Assembly: GCA_963753435.1 (NCBI GenBank)
Contig: CAVWCF010000001.1
Span: 1,472,001-1,536,000, forward strand
DNA from: an uncultured Actinomycetota bacterium
Lineage (GTDB): Bacteria; Actinomycetota; Actinomycetes; CAVWCF01
Length of the DNA stretch: 64,000 bases
Direction of reading: 5' to 3'
A model generated the notes under the pieces. The model did not search any database and was not told where the DNA came from. It saw only the letters and a program-made list of their open reading frames with translations. This document shows positions 42,521-53,243 of this stretch, in pieces. How positions within the stretch are numbered: position 1 is the stretch's first letter; the number at the start of each line of letters is the position of its first letter. The position numbers were made by a program, and so were the translations under genes.

Positions 42521-43366
42521 ATGCAGTTGAGGTACCAGGGCAAGGTCCGCGACATCTACGACCTGCCCGACGGCAACCTGCTCTTCGTCGCCTCCGATCG
42601 CATCAGCGCCTATGACTACGTCCTGGCCACGCCTATCCCCGACAAGGGCAAGGTCCTCACCCAGTTGAGCCTCTGGTGGTTCGAACGGCTCGCCGACCTG
42701 ATCCCCAACCACGTGATCTCCACCGACGTGCCGGCGGAATTCGCTGGCCGCGCGATGGTGTGCGAGCGCCTGGACATGCTGCCGGTCGAGTGCGTCGCCC
42801 GCGGCTATCTGACCGGTTCCGGTCTGACCGAGTACCAGGCCGACGGTTCGGTCTGCGGGCTACCGCTGCCGCCTGGTCTCACGGACGGTTCGCGGCTGGA
42901 TCGGGCGATCTTCACGCCGGCCACCAAGGCCGCCATCGGTGACCACGACGAGAACGTCGACTTCGGTCACGTCCAACGAACCGTGGGGGCTGACCTCGCC
43001 GCAGAACTACGGCGCCTGACGTTGCAGATCTACGAACGCGGCGAGGAGATCGCGCGCGAGCGAGGCCTGATCCTGGCCGACACCAAGTTCGAGTTCGGCC
43101 GTCGCGACGACGGCACCATCGTGCTCGCCGACGAGGTGCTCACCCCGGACTCGTCGCGCTACTGGCCCGCCGACGCCTGGCAGCCCGGCCGCTCCCAGCC
43201 CAGTTTCGACAAGCAGTACGTGCGCGACTGGCTCACCCATGAGTCCGGTTGGGACCGGCACTCCGGGCAGGAGCCGCCGCCCCTGCCCGACGATGTCGTT
43301 GAGCGGACCCGGGCCAAGTACATCGAAGCCTTCGAGCGCCTCACGGGACGCAGCTTCCAAGCCTGA
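42521..43366 (+). CDS. purC: SAICAR synthetase
   Basis: [32 protein letters not shown]. Confidence 0.97.
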   Translation: MQLRYQGKVRDIYDLPDGNLLFVASDRISAYDYVLATPIPDKGKVLTQLSLWWFERLADLIPNHVISTDVPAEFAGRAMVCERLDMLPVECVARGYLTGSGLTEYQADGSVCGLPLPPGLTDGSRLDRAIFTPATKAAIGDHDENVDFGHVQRTVGADLAAELRRLTLQIYERGEEIARERGLILADTKFEFGRRDDGTIVLADEVLTPDSSRYWPADAWQPGRSQPSFDKQYVRDWLTHESGWDRHSGQEPPPLPDDVVERTRAKYIEAFERLTGRSFQA

Positions 43367-43438
43367 TCCGGCCGCCGGGGCCGCGACCGGCCGCGGGTAG
43401 GGTCGGCCTATCAGCCCACCTCACTCCCGGGAGCGCCC

Positions 43439-43693
43439 GTGGCCCGCGTCGTAGTTGACGTCATGCCCAAGCCGGAGATCCTCGACCCGCAAGGTCAGGC
43501 CGTGCATCGTGCGCTGGGACGGTTGGGTTTCGCCGGCGCCGCCCAGGTGCGGCAGGGCAAGCGTTTCGAGCTCGACATCGACGACTCCGCCTACGCCGAT
43601 CGCGACGAACTCCTGGCCGCGGCGCAGGCCATGGCGGACAAGCTCCTCGCCAACACGGTCATCGAGGACTACGTCGTCCGGGTGGAGGAGTGA
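43439..43693 (+). CDS. purS: FGAM synthase subunit PurS
   Basis: [24 protein letters not shown]. Confidence 0.96.
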   Translation: MARVVVDVMPKPEILDPQGQAVHRALGRLGFAGAAQVRQGKRFELDIDDSAYADRDELLAAAQAMADKLLANTVIEDYVVRVEE

Positions 43694-44367
43694 CCGCACG
43701 GATCGGGGTCGTCACCTTCCCCGGCACGCTTGATGACCGCGACGCCGCGCGAGCCGTTCGGCTGGCCGGTGCTGAGCCGGTCGCCTTGTGGCACGGCGAC
43801 GACAGCCTGGCGCCGGTCGACGCGGTGGTCCTGCCCGGTGGTTTCTCCTACGGGGACTACCTGCGTTGCGGCGCGATCGCGCGGTTCGCGCCGATCATGC
43901 AGCCGGTAATCGATGCCGCCCGCGGCGGTTTGCCGGTGCTGGGCATCTGCAACGGGTTCCAGATCTTGTGCGAAGCGGGTCTGCTGCCCGGCGCGCTCAC
44001 CCGGAACGACTCGCTGCACTTCGTGTGTCGCGATCAGCGACTCCTGGTCGAGAACGCCGACACCGTTTGGACGTCCGGGTTCCTCGCCGGCGATGAGATC
44101 ACCATCCCGCTGAAGAACGGCGAGGGTTGCTACGTCGCCGATGACGCAACGTTGGATGCGCTGGAGTCCGAGGGTCGCGTCGTCTTTCGCTACCTGGATG
44201 TCAATCCCAACGGTTCGCGTCGGGACATCGCCGGCATCACCGACCCGACCGGTCGAATCGTTGGACTGATGCCGCACCCCGAGCACGCCGTCGAGGAGCT
44301 CACCGGTCCGGGGATCGACGGGTTGGGCCTGTTCGCATCGGCCATCTCGGCGCTGATGCCGGTATGA
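43690..44367 (+). CDS. purQ: FGAM synthase glutaminase subunit
   Basis: [23 protein letters not shown]. Confidence 0.97.
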   Translation: MTARIGVVTFPGTLDDRDAARAVRLAGAEPVALWHGDDSLAPVDAVVLPGGFSYGDYLRCGAIARFAPIMQPVIDAARGGLPVLGICNGFQILCEAGLLPGALTRNDSLHFVCRDQRLLVENADTVWTSGFLAGDEITIPLKNGEGCYVADDATLDALESEGRVVFRYLDVNPNGSRRDIAGITDPTGRIVGLMPHPEHAVEELTGPGIDGLGLFASAISALMPV

Positions 44368-46631
44368 GCCTCGACACGGTCAAGGCCGCCGGCTCGTCGG
44401 CGGACGTCGAGCAGCCGTGGGCAGACCTCGGGCTCAAGGCCGACGAGTACGAACGAATCCGCGAGATCTTGGGACGTCGGCCGACGTCGTCGGAGTTGGC
44501 GATGTACTCGGTCATGTGGAGCGAGCACTGCTCCTACAAGTCCTCCAAGGTGCACCTGCGCCAGTTCGGGGAGAAGCGTCCGGCCTCGACCGATGACGTC
44601 TTGTTGGTCGGCATCGGCGAGAACGCCGGCGTGGTCGACATCGGTGACGGCTGGGCGGTCACGTTCAAGGTCGAGTCGCACAATCACCCGTCGTTCGTGG
44701 AGCCGCACCAAGGCGCTGCCACGGGCATCGGCGGCATCGTGCGCGACATCCTCTCCATGGGAGCGCGCCCAGTGGCCGTCATGGACCCGCTCCGCTTCGG
44801 GCCGGCCGATGCAGCCGATACCGCGCGCGTGCTGCCCGGCGTGGTCGCCGGAATCGGCGGATACGGCAACTGCCTGGGCCTGCCCAACATCGGCGGCGAG
44901 ATCGTGTTCGACGACACCTACGCTGGCAACCCGTTGGTCAACGCGCTGTGCGTCGGGGTGTTGCGGCACGGAGACCTCAAACGGGCGCATGCGTCCGGCG
45001 TCGGAAACCTGGTTGTGCTTTACGGCGCCAAGACCGGTGGCGACGGCATCGGCGGGGTCAGCGTGCTGGCCAGTGAGACGTTCGACGCGGACGGTCCGGC
45101 AAAGCGACCCAGTGTCCAGGTCGGCGACCCGTTCATGGAGAAGTCGCTGATCGAGTGCTCGCTGGAGATCTTTGCCCGCGACCTGGTCGTCGGCATCCAG
45201 GACCTCGGGGGTGCGGGACTGTCCTGTGCGACCAGCGAACTGGCCAGCGCCGGGTCCGGCGGCATGCACGTGTGGCTGGACCGCGTACCGCTGCGCGACG
45301 CGACGTTGTCGCCCGAAGAGATCCTGATGAGCGAGAGCCAGGAACGAATGTGCGCGGTAGTGACGCCGGAGCACATCGACGAGTTCCTGGCCGTTTGCGC
45401 GAAGTGGGATGTGGACGCCACGGTCATCGGCGAGGTCACCGACACCGATCGGCTGATCGTGGACTGGCACGGCGAGACGATCGTCGACGTTCCGCCGCGG
45501 ACGGTGGCGCACGAGGGACCGGTTTACGAGCGGCCCTTCGAGCGGCCCCGGGAGCAGGACGCCTTACAGGCGGACGCGGCGGAGTCGCTGCCACGGCCGG
45601 GCGGCGGCGACGAACTCCGCGCGGTGTTCCTGCGATTGGTGTCATCGCCGAACCTGGCCGACAAGTCGTGGGTGACTTCGCAGTACGACCGGTACGTGCA
45701 GGGCAACACGGTGCTGGCCATGCCGGACGACGGTGGGGTGATCCGCGTCGATGAGGAAACGGGTCGTGGGGTTGCGGTGTCCACTGACGCAAACGGCCGG
45801 TTCTGCCAACTCGACCCGTACGCCGGGGCGCAGTTGGCGGTGGCGGAGGCGTTCCGCAACGTCGCGGCCACTGGTGCGCGCCCGTTGGCGGTAACGGACT
45901 GTTTGAACTTCGGTTCCCCGGAGGACCCCGGCGTCATGTGGCAGTTCGCCGAAGCAGTCCGGGGGATCGCCGACGCGTGTGTGGAACTGGATGTGCCGGT
46001 GACCGGCGGCAACGTGTCCTTCTACAACCAGACCGGTGACGTAGCGGTGCTGCCGACGCCCGTCGTCGGCGTGCTCGGCGTCATCGACGACGTCGCCAAC
46101 CGCGTACCCAGCGGGTTCGTCGAGGTGGGCGACGTGATCATCGCGCTCGGGGTCACGGCGGATGAGTTGTCGGGCTCGGAGTGGGCGCACGTGATTCACG
46201 GCCACCTGGGCGGACAGCCGCCGCGGGTCGACCTAGCCGCTGAGCGGGCGCTGGCAAAGGTGCTGGTATCCGCGGCCTCGGCCCGGCTGGTGAGCAGTTC
46301 GCATGACCTCTCCGAAGGCGGCTTGGCTCAGGCGCTGGCGGAGTCGTGTCTACGCAACGGCTACGGCGCCCAGGTCGACCTGGACGGTGACCCGTTCGTC
46401 GAACTGTTCAGCGAGTCGGCCGCACGGGCACTGGTTTCGGTGCCACCGCCGCTGCTGGACGACTTCGCGTCGCTATGCACCGCAAATGGGGTCGCGGCCA
46501 CCTCGCTGGGCTTCGTCGGCGAACGCGGATCGGATCTGGACGTCGCTGGTCAGTTCTCGGTCGGGCTGGCCGAGTTGGCCGAGGCGCACCAGGGCACCCT
46601 CCCGGCCCTGTTCGCCGCCCCACTGCCTTAA
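44364..46631 (+). CDS. purL: FGAM synthase synthetase subunit
   Basis: [35 protein letters not shown]. Confidence 0.98.
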   Translation: MSLDTVKAAGSSADVEQPWADLGLKADEYERIREILGRRPTSSELAMYSVMWSEHCSYKSSKVHLRQFGEKRPASTDDVLLVGIGENAGVVDIGDGWAVTFKVESHNHPSFVEPHQGAATGIGGIVRDILSMGARPVAVMDPLRFGPADAADTARVLPGVVAGIGGYGNCLGLPNIGGEIVFDDTYAGNPLVNALCVGVLRHGDLKRAHASGVGNLVVLYGAKTGGDGIGGVSVLASETFDADGPAKRPSVQVGDPFMEKSLIECSLEIFARDLVVGIQDLGGAGLSCATSELASAGSGGMHVWLDRVPLRDATLSPEEILMSESQERMCAVVTPEHIDEFLAVCAKWDVDATVIGEVTDTDRLIVDWHGETIVDVPPRTVAHEGPVYERPFERPREQDALQADAAESLPRPGGGDELRAVFLRLVSSPNLADKSWVTSQYDRYVQGNTVLAMPDDGGVIRVDEETGRGVAVSTDANGRFCQLDPYAGAQLAVAEAFRNVAATGARPLAVTDCLNFGSPEDPGVMWQFAEAVRGIADACVELDVPVTGGNVSFYNQTGDVAVLPTPVVGVLGVIDDVANRVPSGFVEVGDVIIALGVTADELSGSEWAHVIHGHLGGQPPRVDLAAERALAKVLVSAASARLVSSSHDLSEGGLAQALAESCLRNGYGAQVDLDGDPFVELFSESAARALVSVPPPLLDDFASLCTANGVAATSLGFVGERGSDLDVAGQFSVGLAELAEAHQGTLPALFAAPLP

Positions 46632-46632
46632 C

Positions 46633-47748
46633 CCGCACAGAGCCGCTCTCATAGGGCTAGGCCGGAACGCCGCCGCACAGTGACAGCCGGCCGGGGACGC
46701 AACGGGCGATCTCAAGCGTTTGGAGGATCCGTTCGATCAACGTGTTCGGATCCTGCCGGAACCGTGTGGAGTGACGTGCAGGGTGCGGATCCCGTACGAG
46801 GTCAGCAGCGCGTCGCGATCCAGTGTCCGGTCGAAGTCGTCCCCGACGGTGTGGTGCTCCCGGGAGTCGATCTCCAGCGCCACTCCCTTCGTCCCAGTAG
46901 CCGTCCGGCCGGCGATGAAGTGCCCGATACGGCGTCGTAGAGGACTCGGGTTCTACCTAGGCGCTCGGGCAGGTCGGGGGACGCAGGAGCGCTGCGCATC
47001 CATCTCCGGGCCGAGTCGGCCCGTCCAGGCTACGTGTGCCGCAATCGCACGCGACCGGCGCCGTCCCGCGACCTGCGCGTCCCGCAGTTCCTCATGAGGT
47101 CGCTCCGGTCGGCTGACCAGGCCGCGACTGCACCCCTCCGGTGACCAGCGCGTCGACGTCGCACGGGACCGCATCCGTCGAGCGGTATCCAGCGATGGCC
47201 CGTGGCAACGGACGCCGCGGGAAATCCGTCCAGCAGTCGCGGCGTGGCAACTCGTCGACGTGCGCTCCACCACGACGAAACCGCGACGTTGCGGTCTTGC
47301 GGTCGTTCGGCACGAGCAGTGGACGCGGCAATCCCTGGGAACGCTGCCGCAGGCCGATGCGGCCGCCAGAGACTTCAGCACCCGTCAACATCGCTTCGGA
47401 TCCGGAGAACAGCAGTGCAGCGCGGGTTCGCGAGCCCGGTGGGAGGGGACCGGCGTGCAACGCGTACACGGCGGGCAGGACCCGCTGCCACGGTCCGCGC
47501 CGCCCGCGCTCGGTCGCAGATGGTGGAGGGCGGTACGCCCAGCGCTCTCGCTTGCGAGAGCGTGACCAGACCGTCCTGCTGTTCGGCCAGGTACTGTAGG
47601 CGGCGGCCAGATGCGGCGCGATTGATGCGAGGCCATCCGGGGACAGTGCCTGCACTTGGGTTTCGATGCGCCCGCCAGCCTGATGGGCCTGTGGAATTAC
47701 TGAGCGGCGCAGTGCCGCCGTAGCCCTATGAGAGCGGTCTCTGTGCGG
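46633..47748. mobile_element. Element bounded by ~51-bp terminal inverted repeats, carrying a decayed AbiEi-like/DUF559-like gene
   Basis: 46633-46683 versus the reverse complement of 47697-47748: 44/51 identical with one gap; the outer 27 nt are identical apart from that gap. Confidence 0.7.
46690..47640 (-). pseudogene. Multiply frameshifted AbiEi-like wHTH plus DUF559/Vsr-like endonuclease
   Basis: Fragments in shifting frames: LAEQQDGLVTLSQARALG / GPWQRVLPAVYA...RAALLFSG...AMLTG / VALEIDSREHH...DRTLDRDALLTSYGIRTLHVTP. Confidence 0.75.
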
Positions 47749-48637
47749 ATTCGGGGGTGGTGTCGCGGGCGTAGGCCTCCCACGACGACAGGATCGGCCC
47801 GACCTCCCAGTCGGTCGGCGCCTCCAGGAAGTCCGGGCAGTCCCGCTCTATCCGATCCAACAGCGGCCGTGGGATGTCGTCCAACCCCCTGCGTGCCGAC
47901 CGGCTGAACAGCCGACCGGTCATCGCACCGTCGGCCACCTGTCCACCGCGGCCGTCGCCCATTCGCATCCACGGCCACCAGGGGGAAACCCGGCTGAACC
48001 CGGCGCGGAAGGCCGCGCTGGGCAGCGAGCGGTCCTCAAGCTCGGCCAGCGACGTGAAGATCGTGAAGTGCTCGCTGGGGTTGATGGTCGAACCGGTCGA
48101 CGAACGGGGAAACCGGACCGGGTCGACCGGGTTGGTGTACAGGTGCGCGTAGTCCCACTCCAGCAGAACCTCGTCACCGAACACCTGCCACGGCAGCACG
48201 AACGGGATGCGACCGGTGTCATCAGCCACGGCGGTGGCGTCATTCATCACCGAACCCTCGGCCTCGTTGTCACCCAGGTGCAGCCGCGGCATGTCCAGCG
48301 TGATGCGACCGCCGATCCCGTCGTTGAGGAATGGGTAGACCTCCACCGTCTCGCCGGTCCACGGGTTGTCCCACGTGTCGATCACCTCGCCGGTCACCGT
48401 GTCGTAGAAGTAGCCGGTCTCCTTGCCGCGCAACAGGGCCGAGCCATCCGGTTCGATGCGCGCCTTGGTGACGCCGGTGCCGAAGTAGCCGAACAGGGGC
48501 CGCAGTCGCTCCCCGGGAACCCACGCGTACATGAGGCCGTGGAACACGCCAAGCGCCGGCTCGTCCAGCGCGCTCCAGGTCTTGGCGAACGCGTAGACGT
48601 TGTCTCGTGGGTCGTTGAAGTCCAATGGCTCGTGCAC
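47726..48637 (-). CDS. DUF1838-like protein
   Basis: VPGERLRPLF, DTWDNPWTGETVEV, SEHF, RVSPWWPWMRMG. Confidence 0.65.
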   Translation of the reverse strand: MHEPLDFNDPRDNVYAFAKTWSALDEPALGVFHGLMYAWVPGERLRPLFGYFGTGVTKARIEPDGSALLRGKETGYFYDTVTGEVIDTWDNPWTGETVEVYPFLNDGIGGRITLDMPRLHLGDNEAEGSVMNDATAVADDTGRIPFVLPWQVFGDEVLLEWDYAHLYTNPVDPVRFPRSSTGSTINPSEHFTIFTSLAELEDRSLPSAAFRAGFSRVSPWWPWMRMGDGRGGQVADGAMTGRLFSRSARRGLDDIPRPLLDRIERDCPDFLEAPTDWEVGPILSSWEAYARDTTPESAQRPLS

Positions 48638-48662
48638 GCCGGGATCCTGACAGCATGAGGCG

Positions 48663-49055
48663 GTGGCGCGAGCGGTGGACCCCGACGACGGGTTGGCCGC
48701 GCTGCGGTCAGCCCTCGTCGCCTGGCGGTCCGGTCAACAACCCGATCGCGCTGTGTTGCGGACCGCGACTCAGTGGACACTGCAAGAGCTGGCTCGGGCC
48801 GCGCCGGGGCGCAGCGTGGAGGTTCGGATTCCGCCCATGGCAGCAACGCAATGCATCGCCGGGCCCACGCATACCCGTGGGACCCCACCGAACACCGTGC
48901 AGACCGACCCGCGGACGTGGCTGGAGCTGGCCACTGGGACGGTGTCTTGGCCGGACGCTGTCGCCGCTGCCCGGGTTCAGATCAGTGGTGTCCGGGCCGA
49001 CTTGTCCGCCTGGTTGCCGCTGCCGCAGGCGGTTGCTGCAGTCGATGTGATCTAG
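48663..49055 (+). CDS. Bacterial sterol carrier protein ortholog
   Basis: APGRSVEVRIPP, QCIAGPTHTRGTPPN, SGVRADLSAWLP; usual neighbour of purL/purF. Confidence 0.88.
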   Translation: MARAVDPDDGLAALRSALVAWRSGQQPDRAVLRTATQWTLQELARAAPGRSVEVRIPPMAATQCIAGPTHTRGTPPNTVQTDPRTWLELATGTVSWPDAVAAARVQISGVRADLSAWLPLPQAVAAVDVI

Positions 49056-49064
49056 CGTTCGCAC

Positions 49065-50255
49065 GTGCGCCGGATCGTTGCTCTGGGCTCAGCGGCCCTG
49101 CTGTTGGGTGGGTGTTCGTTGTTCGGTTCGGACGAGCCCAAACCGACCCCGTTCCTGCCGCCGGCGGTGACGCCGGTCAAGGCGCTGACCGAATCCGAGG
49201 GGATCGTTCGGGTTTTGGCGCGGGCCGGCGCGCTCAGCACGGACGCCAGGTGGGTGCAGCGCTTCACCCAGGAGACCGACTGCCAGGTCGAAGTCACCGA
49301 GTTCGCCGACTCCGCCGACTTCGACAACCGCACCCAGCCAGCCAGCGACCCGGCCACGGAGCCGGCCGACGACGATGCCCCGGCTGCCCAGACCGGTCGA
49401 GTCCTTGAGGCGGATCTGGTGATGGTGCCCGGCGAGTTCGCCCTCGACCTGGTCGGTGCGGGCACGGTTGCGCCGATCAACCTGGACCTGTTGCCAGCTG
49501 CGGCCGGCATCGTCGACGAACTCCAGACCCCGCGCTGGTCCTCCTGGAACGACATCGACTACGGCCTGGCGGTCGGTCGCGGCTACTACGCGGTGACCGG
49601 TGGCGCCACCAGCCTCGCGGAGGTGTTCGCCGCCGGGGCGAACCCCAACTTGCCGAACACCCCGACCATGCTGGCGGCGGCGGCCCTAGTGCTGGCGCAA
49701 CCAACGGACGCGACGGCGGGAGATTCTGACGCCGAGCAGGCGCCGATCACCGACCCCTTCGCGCTGGATTCCGACCAACTGGCTGACGTCCAGGCCCTGA
49801 CCACGGCCGCCGGACCCGTGCCGCTGCCGGTTGCCGGCGGCGAGAGCACCGGCCCCACCCTGGCGCCGGCAGCAACCCTGCCCGGGGCGCAGCCGCCTTC
49901 AGATGGCGTGCTGGGTTGGTCGGACTCGTGGATGGTGCCGACCGAGCCGGCGCACCCCACCTGCGCCTATCGCCTGCTCGACGCCGTGCTCACGCCGCAG
50001 GTGAACTTGGCCATGGCCGAAGCGCTCGGCGTCGCCCCTTCGGTGGCGGCCGCCTGCCCTGAGGATGCGGACGGCATCTGCGCGACCAGCCGGGCCGACG
50101 ACGAGGACTTCTGGGCGAACGTGGACTTCGTGATCAGCCCGCTGCAGCAGTGTCTGGACGGGCGCGAGGAGATCCGCTGCTCCGATTCCGCCGACTTCGC
50201 GACGGCGTGGACGGCGGCCCTGACCGGGCAAGGCGACGGCCCGGTGGGCACCTAG
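49065..50255 (+). CDS. Extracellular solute-binding lipoprotein (polyamine-binding-like, divergent)
   Basis: Lipobox LLLGGC, WVQRFTQETDCQV, VAPINLDLLP, GWSDSWM, HPTCAY. Confidence 0.65.
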   Translation: MRRIVALGSAALLLGGCSLFGSDEPKPTPFLPPAVTPVKALTESEGIVRVLARAGALSTDARWVQRFTQETDCQVEVTEFADSADFDNRTQPASDPATEPADDDAPAAQTGRVLEADLVMVPGEFALDLVGAGTVAPINLDLLPAAAGIVDELQTPRWSSWNDIDYGLAVGRGYYAVTGGATSLAEVFAAGANPNLPNTPTMLAAAALVLAQPTDATAGDSDAEQAPITDPFALDSDQLADVQALTTAAGPVPLPVAGGESTGPTLAPAATLPGAQPPSDGVLGWSDSWMVPTEPAHPTCAYRLLDAVLTPQVNLAMAEALGVAPSVAAACPEDADGICATSRADDEDFWANVDFVISPLQQCLDGREEIRCSDSADFATAWTAALTGQGDGPVGT

Positions 50256-50295
50256 ACTCTGCTTGCAGTCATCACCAACCCCTGAGGAGTGCCTC

Positions 50296-51855
50296 GTGCC
50301 GCGAGGGGACGGACGCCTAACCCACGACCTGGATCCGACGGATCGTGGCCCCCAGGACGCCTGCGGCGTGTTCGGGGTTTGGGCTCCGGGGGAGGCTGTA
50401 GCCAAACTCACCTACTTCGGCCTGTATGCACTGCAGCACCGCGGCCAGGAGTCCGCCGGAATCGCAGTGGCCGACGGTTCGCAGATCGTCGTGTACAAGG
50501 ACATGGGCCTGGTCGCGCAGGTGTTCGACGAGAGCCACCTGAACGCCCTCGACGGGCATCTGGCCATCGGGCACTGCCGCTACTCCACGACCGGCGCCAG
50601 CGTCTGGGAGAACGCCCAGCCCACGTTCCGGGCGACCGCAACGGGTTCCCTGGCGTTGGGGCATAACGGCAACCTGACCAACACCCATGTCCTGGCGGAC
50701 CTGGTTGCGACCGGTCAAGCCGAACGCGACGAACTGCCGCTGTCAGCGTTCGTCGAAGGGATTGGCGACGGCACTTCGGACACCGACCTGGTCACAGCAA
50801 TGCTTGCGGCGCACCCGGCCGGCACTGTTGAGGAGTCGGCGATGGCGGTGCTGCCGCTGCTGCGCGGGGCCTTCTCCCTGGTCTTCCTCGACGAGACGAC
50901 TCTCTACGCGGCCCGCGATGCGCACGGGATTCGACCGTTGGTCCTGGGCCGCCTGGAGCGGGGCTGGGTCGTCGCCAGCGAAACAGCAGCGTTGGACATC
51001 GTCGGTGCCTCGTTCGTTCGCGAGATCGAACCGGGTGAGCTGATCGCGGTGGATGAGCACGGCCTGCGCAGCACCCGGTTTGCCGAAGCCGAACCGAAGG
51101 GTTGCCTGTTCGAGTACGTGTACTTGGCTCGCCCGGACACCTCGATCGCCGGCCGCGGGGTCCACGAGACTCGGGTTGAGGTGGGTCGTCGGTTGGCCCG
51201 CGAGGCACCGGTCGAGGCGGACCTGGTGATCCCGGTGCCGGAGTCGGGAACGCCGGCGGCTGTTGGTTTCAGTGCGGAGTCGGGTATCCCCTACGGCCAG
51301 GGGTTGGTGAAGAACGCCTACGTGGGGCGCACGTTCATCCAGCCGAGTCAGACCATCCGGCAACTAGGCATCCGTCTGAAACTGAACCCGTTGCGCGACG
51401 TAATCGCCGGCAAACGGATCGTCGTCGTCGATGACTCCATCGTGCGCGGCAACACTCAGCGGGCGATCGTGCGGATGCTGCGGGAGTCGGGCGCGGCGGA
51501 GGTGCACGTGCGCATCTCCTCACCGCCGGTTCTGTGGCCGTGCTTCTACGGCATCGACTTCGCGACCCGGGCCGAACTCATCGCCAACGGCTTGACCGTC
51601 GATGAGATCAGGCGGTCGATCGGGGCGGACAGCCTCTCCTACATCTCCTTGGACGAGCTGGTTGACGCCACCACGTTGCCCAAGCAGAACCTGTGCCGGG
51701 CGTGTTTCGACGGGGTCTACCCGGTGGAACCAGCCGAGCCCGCCCAACGCGGCAAGCACTTGTTGGAGGGTTTGAGCCAAGAGGTGACTGATCCCGAGGG
51801 GCTGACGGCGCTGACCGTGGGCGGCGGGGCGACCGAGGCGTTGACCCGCCCATGA
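50296..51855 (+). CDS. purF: Amidophosphoribosyltransferase
   Basis: DACGVFG, LQHRGQESAG, GHNGNL, VDDSIVRGNT. GTG 50296 follows GAGGAG. Confidence 0.98.
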   Translation: MPRGDGRLTHDLDPTDRGPQDACGVFGVWAPGEAVAKLTYFGLYALQHRGQESAGIAVADGSQIVVYKDMGLVAQVFDESHLNALDGHLAIGHCRYSTTGASVWENAQPTFRATATGSLALGHNGNLTNTHVLADLVATGQAERDELPLSAFVEGIGDGTSDTDLVTAMLAAHPAGTVEESAMAVLPLLRGAFSLVFLDETTLYAARDAHGIRPLVLGRLERGWVVASETAALDIVGASFVREIEPGELIAVDEHGLRSTRFAEAEPKGCLFEYVYLARPDTSIAGRGVHETRVEVGRRLAREAPVEADLVIPVPESGTPAAVGFSAESGIPYGQGLVKNAYVGRTFIQPSQTIRQLGIRLKLNPLRDVIAGKRIVVVDDSIVRGNTQRAIVRMLRESGAAEVHVRISSPPVLWPCFYGIDFATRAELIANGLTVDEIRRSIGADSLSYISLDELVDATTLPKQNLCRACFDGVYPVEPAEPAQRGKHLLEGLSQEVTDPEGLTALTVGGGATEALTRP

Positions 51856-52929
51856 GCACTGCACCCGAAGCCGACTCCGTCGGCACAACGACCGGCGCCT
51901 CCTACGCAGCGGCCGGTGTGGACATCGCCGCCGGCGAGCGGGCCGTGGAGTTGATGAAGAAGCACGTGGCGGCCACGGCGACGGCCTGAGGTGGTCGGTG
52001 GCATCGGCGGCTTCGCCGGTTTGTTCGACGCGTCCGCGTTGCGCGAATACCGCCAGCCATTGCTGGCCACGAGCACTGACGGCGTCGGCACCAAGGTGGC
52101 CATCGCGCAAGCCATGGGCGTGCACGACACGATCGGGATCGACCTGGTCGCGATGGTGCTGGACGACCTCGTGGTGTGTGGCGCGGAGCCACTGTTCATG
52201 ACCGACTACATCGCCTGCGGATCGGTGGTGCCGGAGCGCATCGCCGCCATCGTCTCCGGTATCGCCGACGGCTGTGCGCAGGCCGGGGCAGCGTTGATCG
52301 GTGGTGAGACCGCCGAACACCCGGGACTGCTCGGCCCGGAGGAGTACGACATCGCCGGCGCGGGGACCGGAGTCGTCGAGGCCGATCAGCTGCTTGGTTC
52401 GCACCGGGTACGCCCGGGCGATGTGGCCATCGCGATGGCGTCCAGCGGCCTGCATTCCAACGGCTACTCGCTGGTGCGGCATGTAGTCGCAAAGGCGGGC
52501 TGGGAGCTGGATCGGCACGTGCCGGAGTTCGGCCGCGAACTGGGGGCCGAGTTGCTCGAGCCGACTCGCATCTACGCCCGCGACTGTCTGACTTTGGCGC
52601 AGTCCGTGCCGGTGCACGCGTTCAGCCACATCACCGGCGGCGGGTTGGCCGACAACCTCGCCAGGGTGGTGCCACCAGGGGTTTCGGTGACGGTGGACCG
52701 GTCAACCTGGCAGCCGGACGCGGTCTTCCGGCTGGTGCAGGACCTCGGTGCGGTGGCGCAGCCGGACCTGGAGGCGACGCTGAACATGGGCGTGGGGATG
52801 GTTGCGTTGGTTCCAGCCGAATCGGCTGATGCGACTTTGCGGCACCTGAGCGGCCGCGGGGTGACCGCCTGGGTCTGCGGCGAGGCCGCCGAAGGCGATG
52901 GGGTTGCGCTGACCGGCGCCTACCAATAA
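51852..52929 (+). CDS. purM: AIR synthetase with a +1 frameshift at ~51977
   Basis: SYAAAGVDIAAG from ATG 51852, then a premature TGA at 51987; GGIGGFAG, DGVGTK, GGETAEHPG continue in the next frame. Confidence 0.92.
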
Positions 52930-52956
52930 CCCGCCGAACCTCTAGCCCGCAGTTGC

Positions 52957-53169
52957 TTAGTTGTCCTCGTCGGCGGCGTACTTGGAGTAGACGTCCTCGA
53001 AGTCGTCCTGCTCGTCGTCACCCTCATCGACTTCGGCTACCTCGTCGTCGATGGGCGCGGCGGCTCCCAGCTCGCTTCGCAGGGCGTCCAGATCCGTGGC
53101 CGGCCCAGCCTCGTACTTCAAGCGGCGGGCGACCTTCGTCTGCTTGGCCTTGGCGCGGCCACGACCCAT
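52957..53169 (-). CDS. DUF3073 family protein
   Basis: MGRGRAKAKQTKVARRLKY with an acidic tail; typical position after purM. Confidence 0.92.
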   Translation of the reverse strand: MGRGRAKAKQTKVARRLKYEAGPATDLDALRSELGAAAPIDDEVAEVDEGDDEQDDFEDVYSKYAADEDN

Positions 53170-53243
53170 CTCCAACCCCCTTGCACGGGTATAGACCCGA
53201 ACGACTCGTGCAGGCTCGGGCTGACCAATCAGCCTGCCGAAGT

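Noticed and set aside
51960-51995. Programmed frameshift in purM
   Set aside because: No slippery sequence or stimulator; same error signature as two other genes in the window
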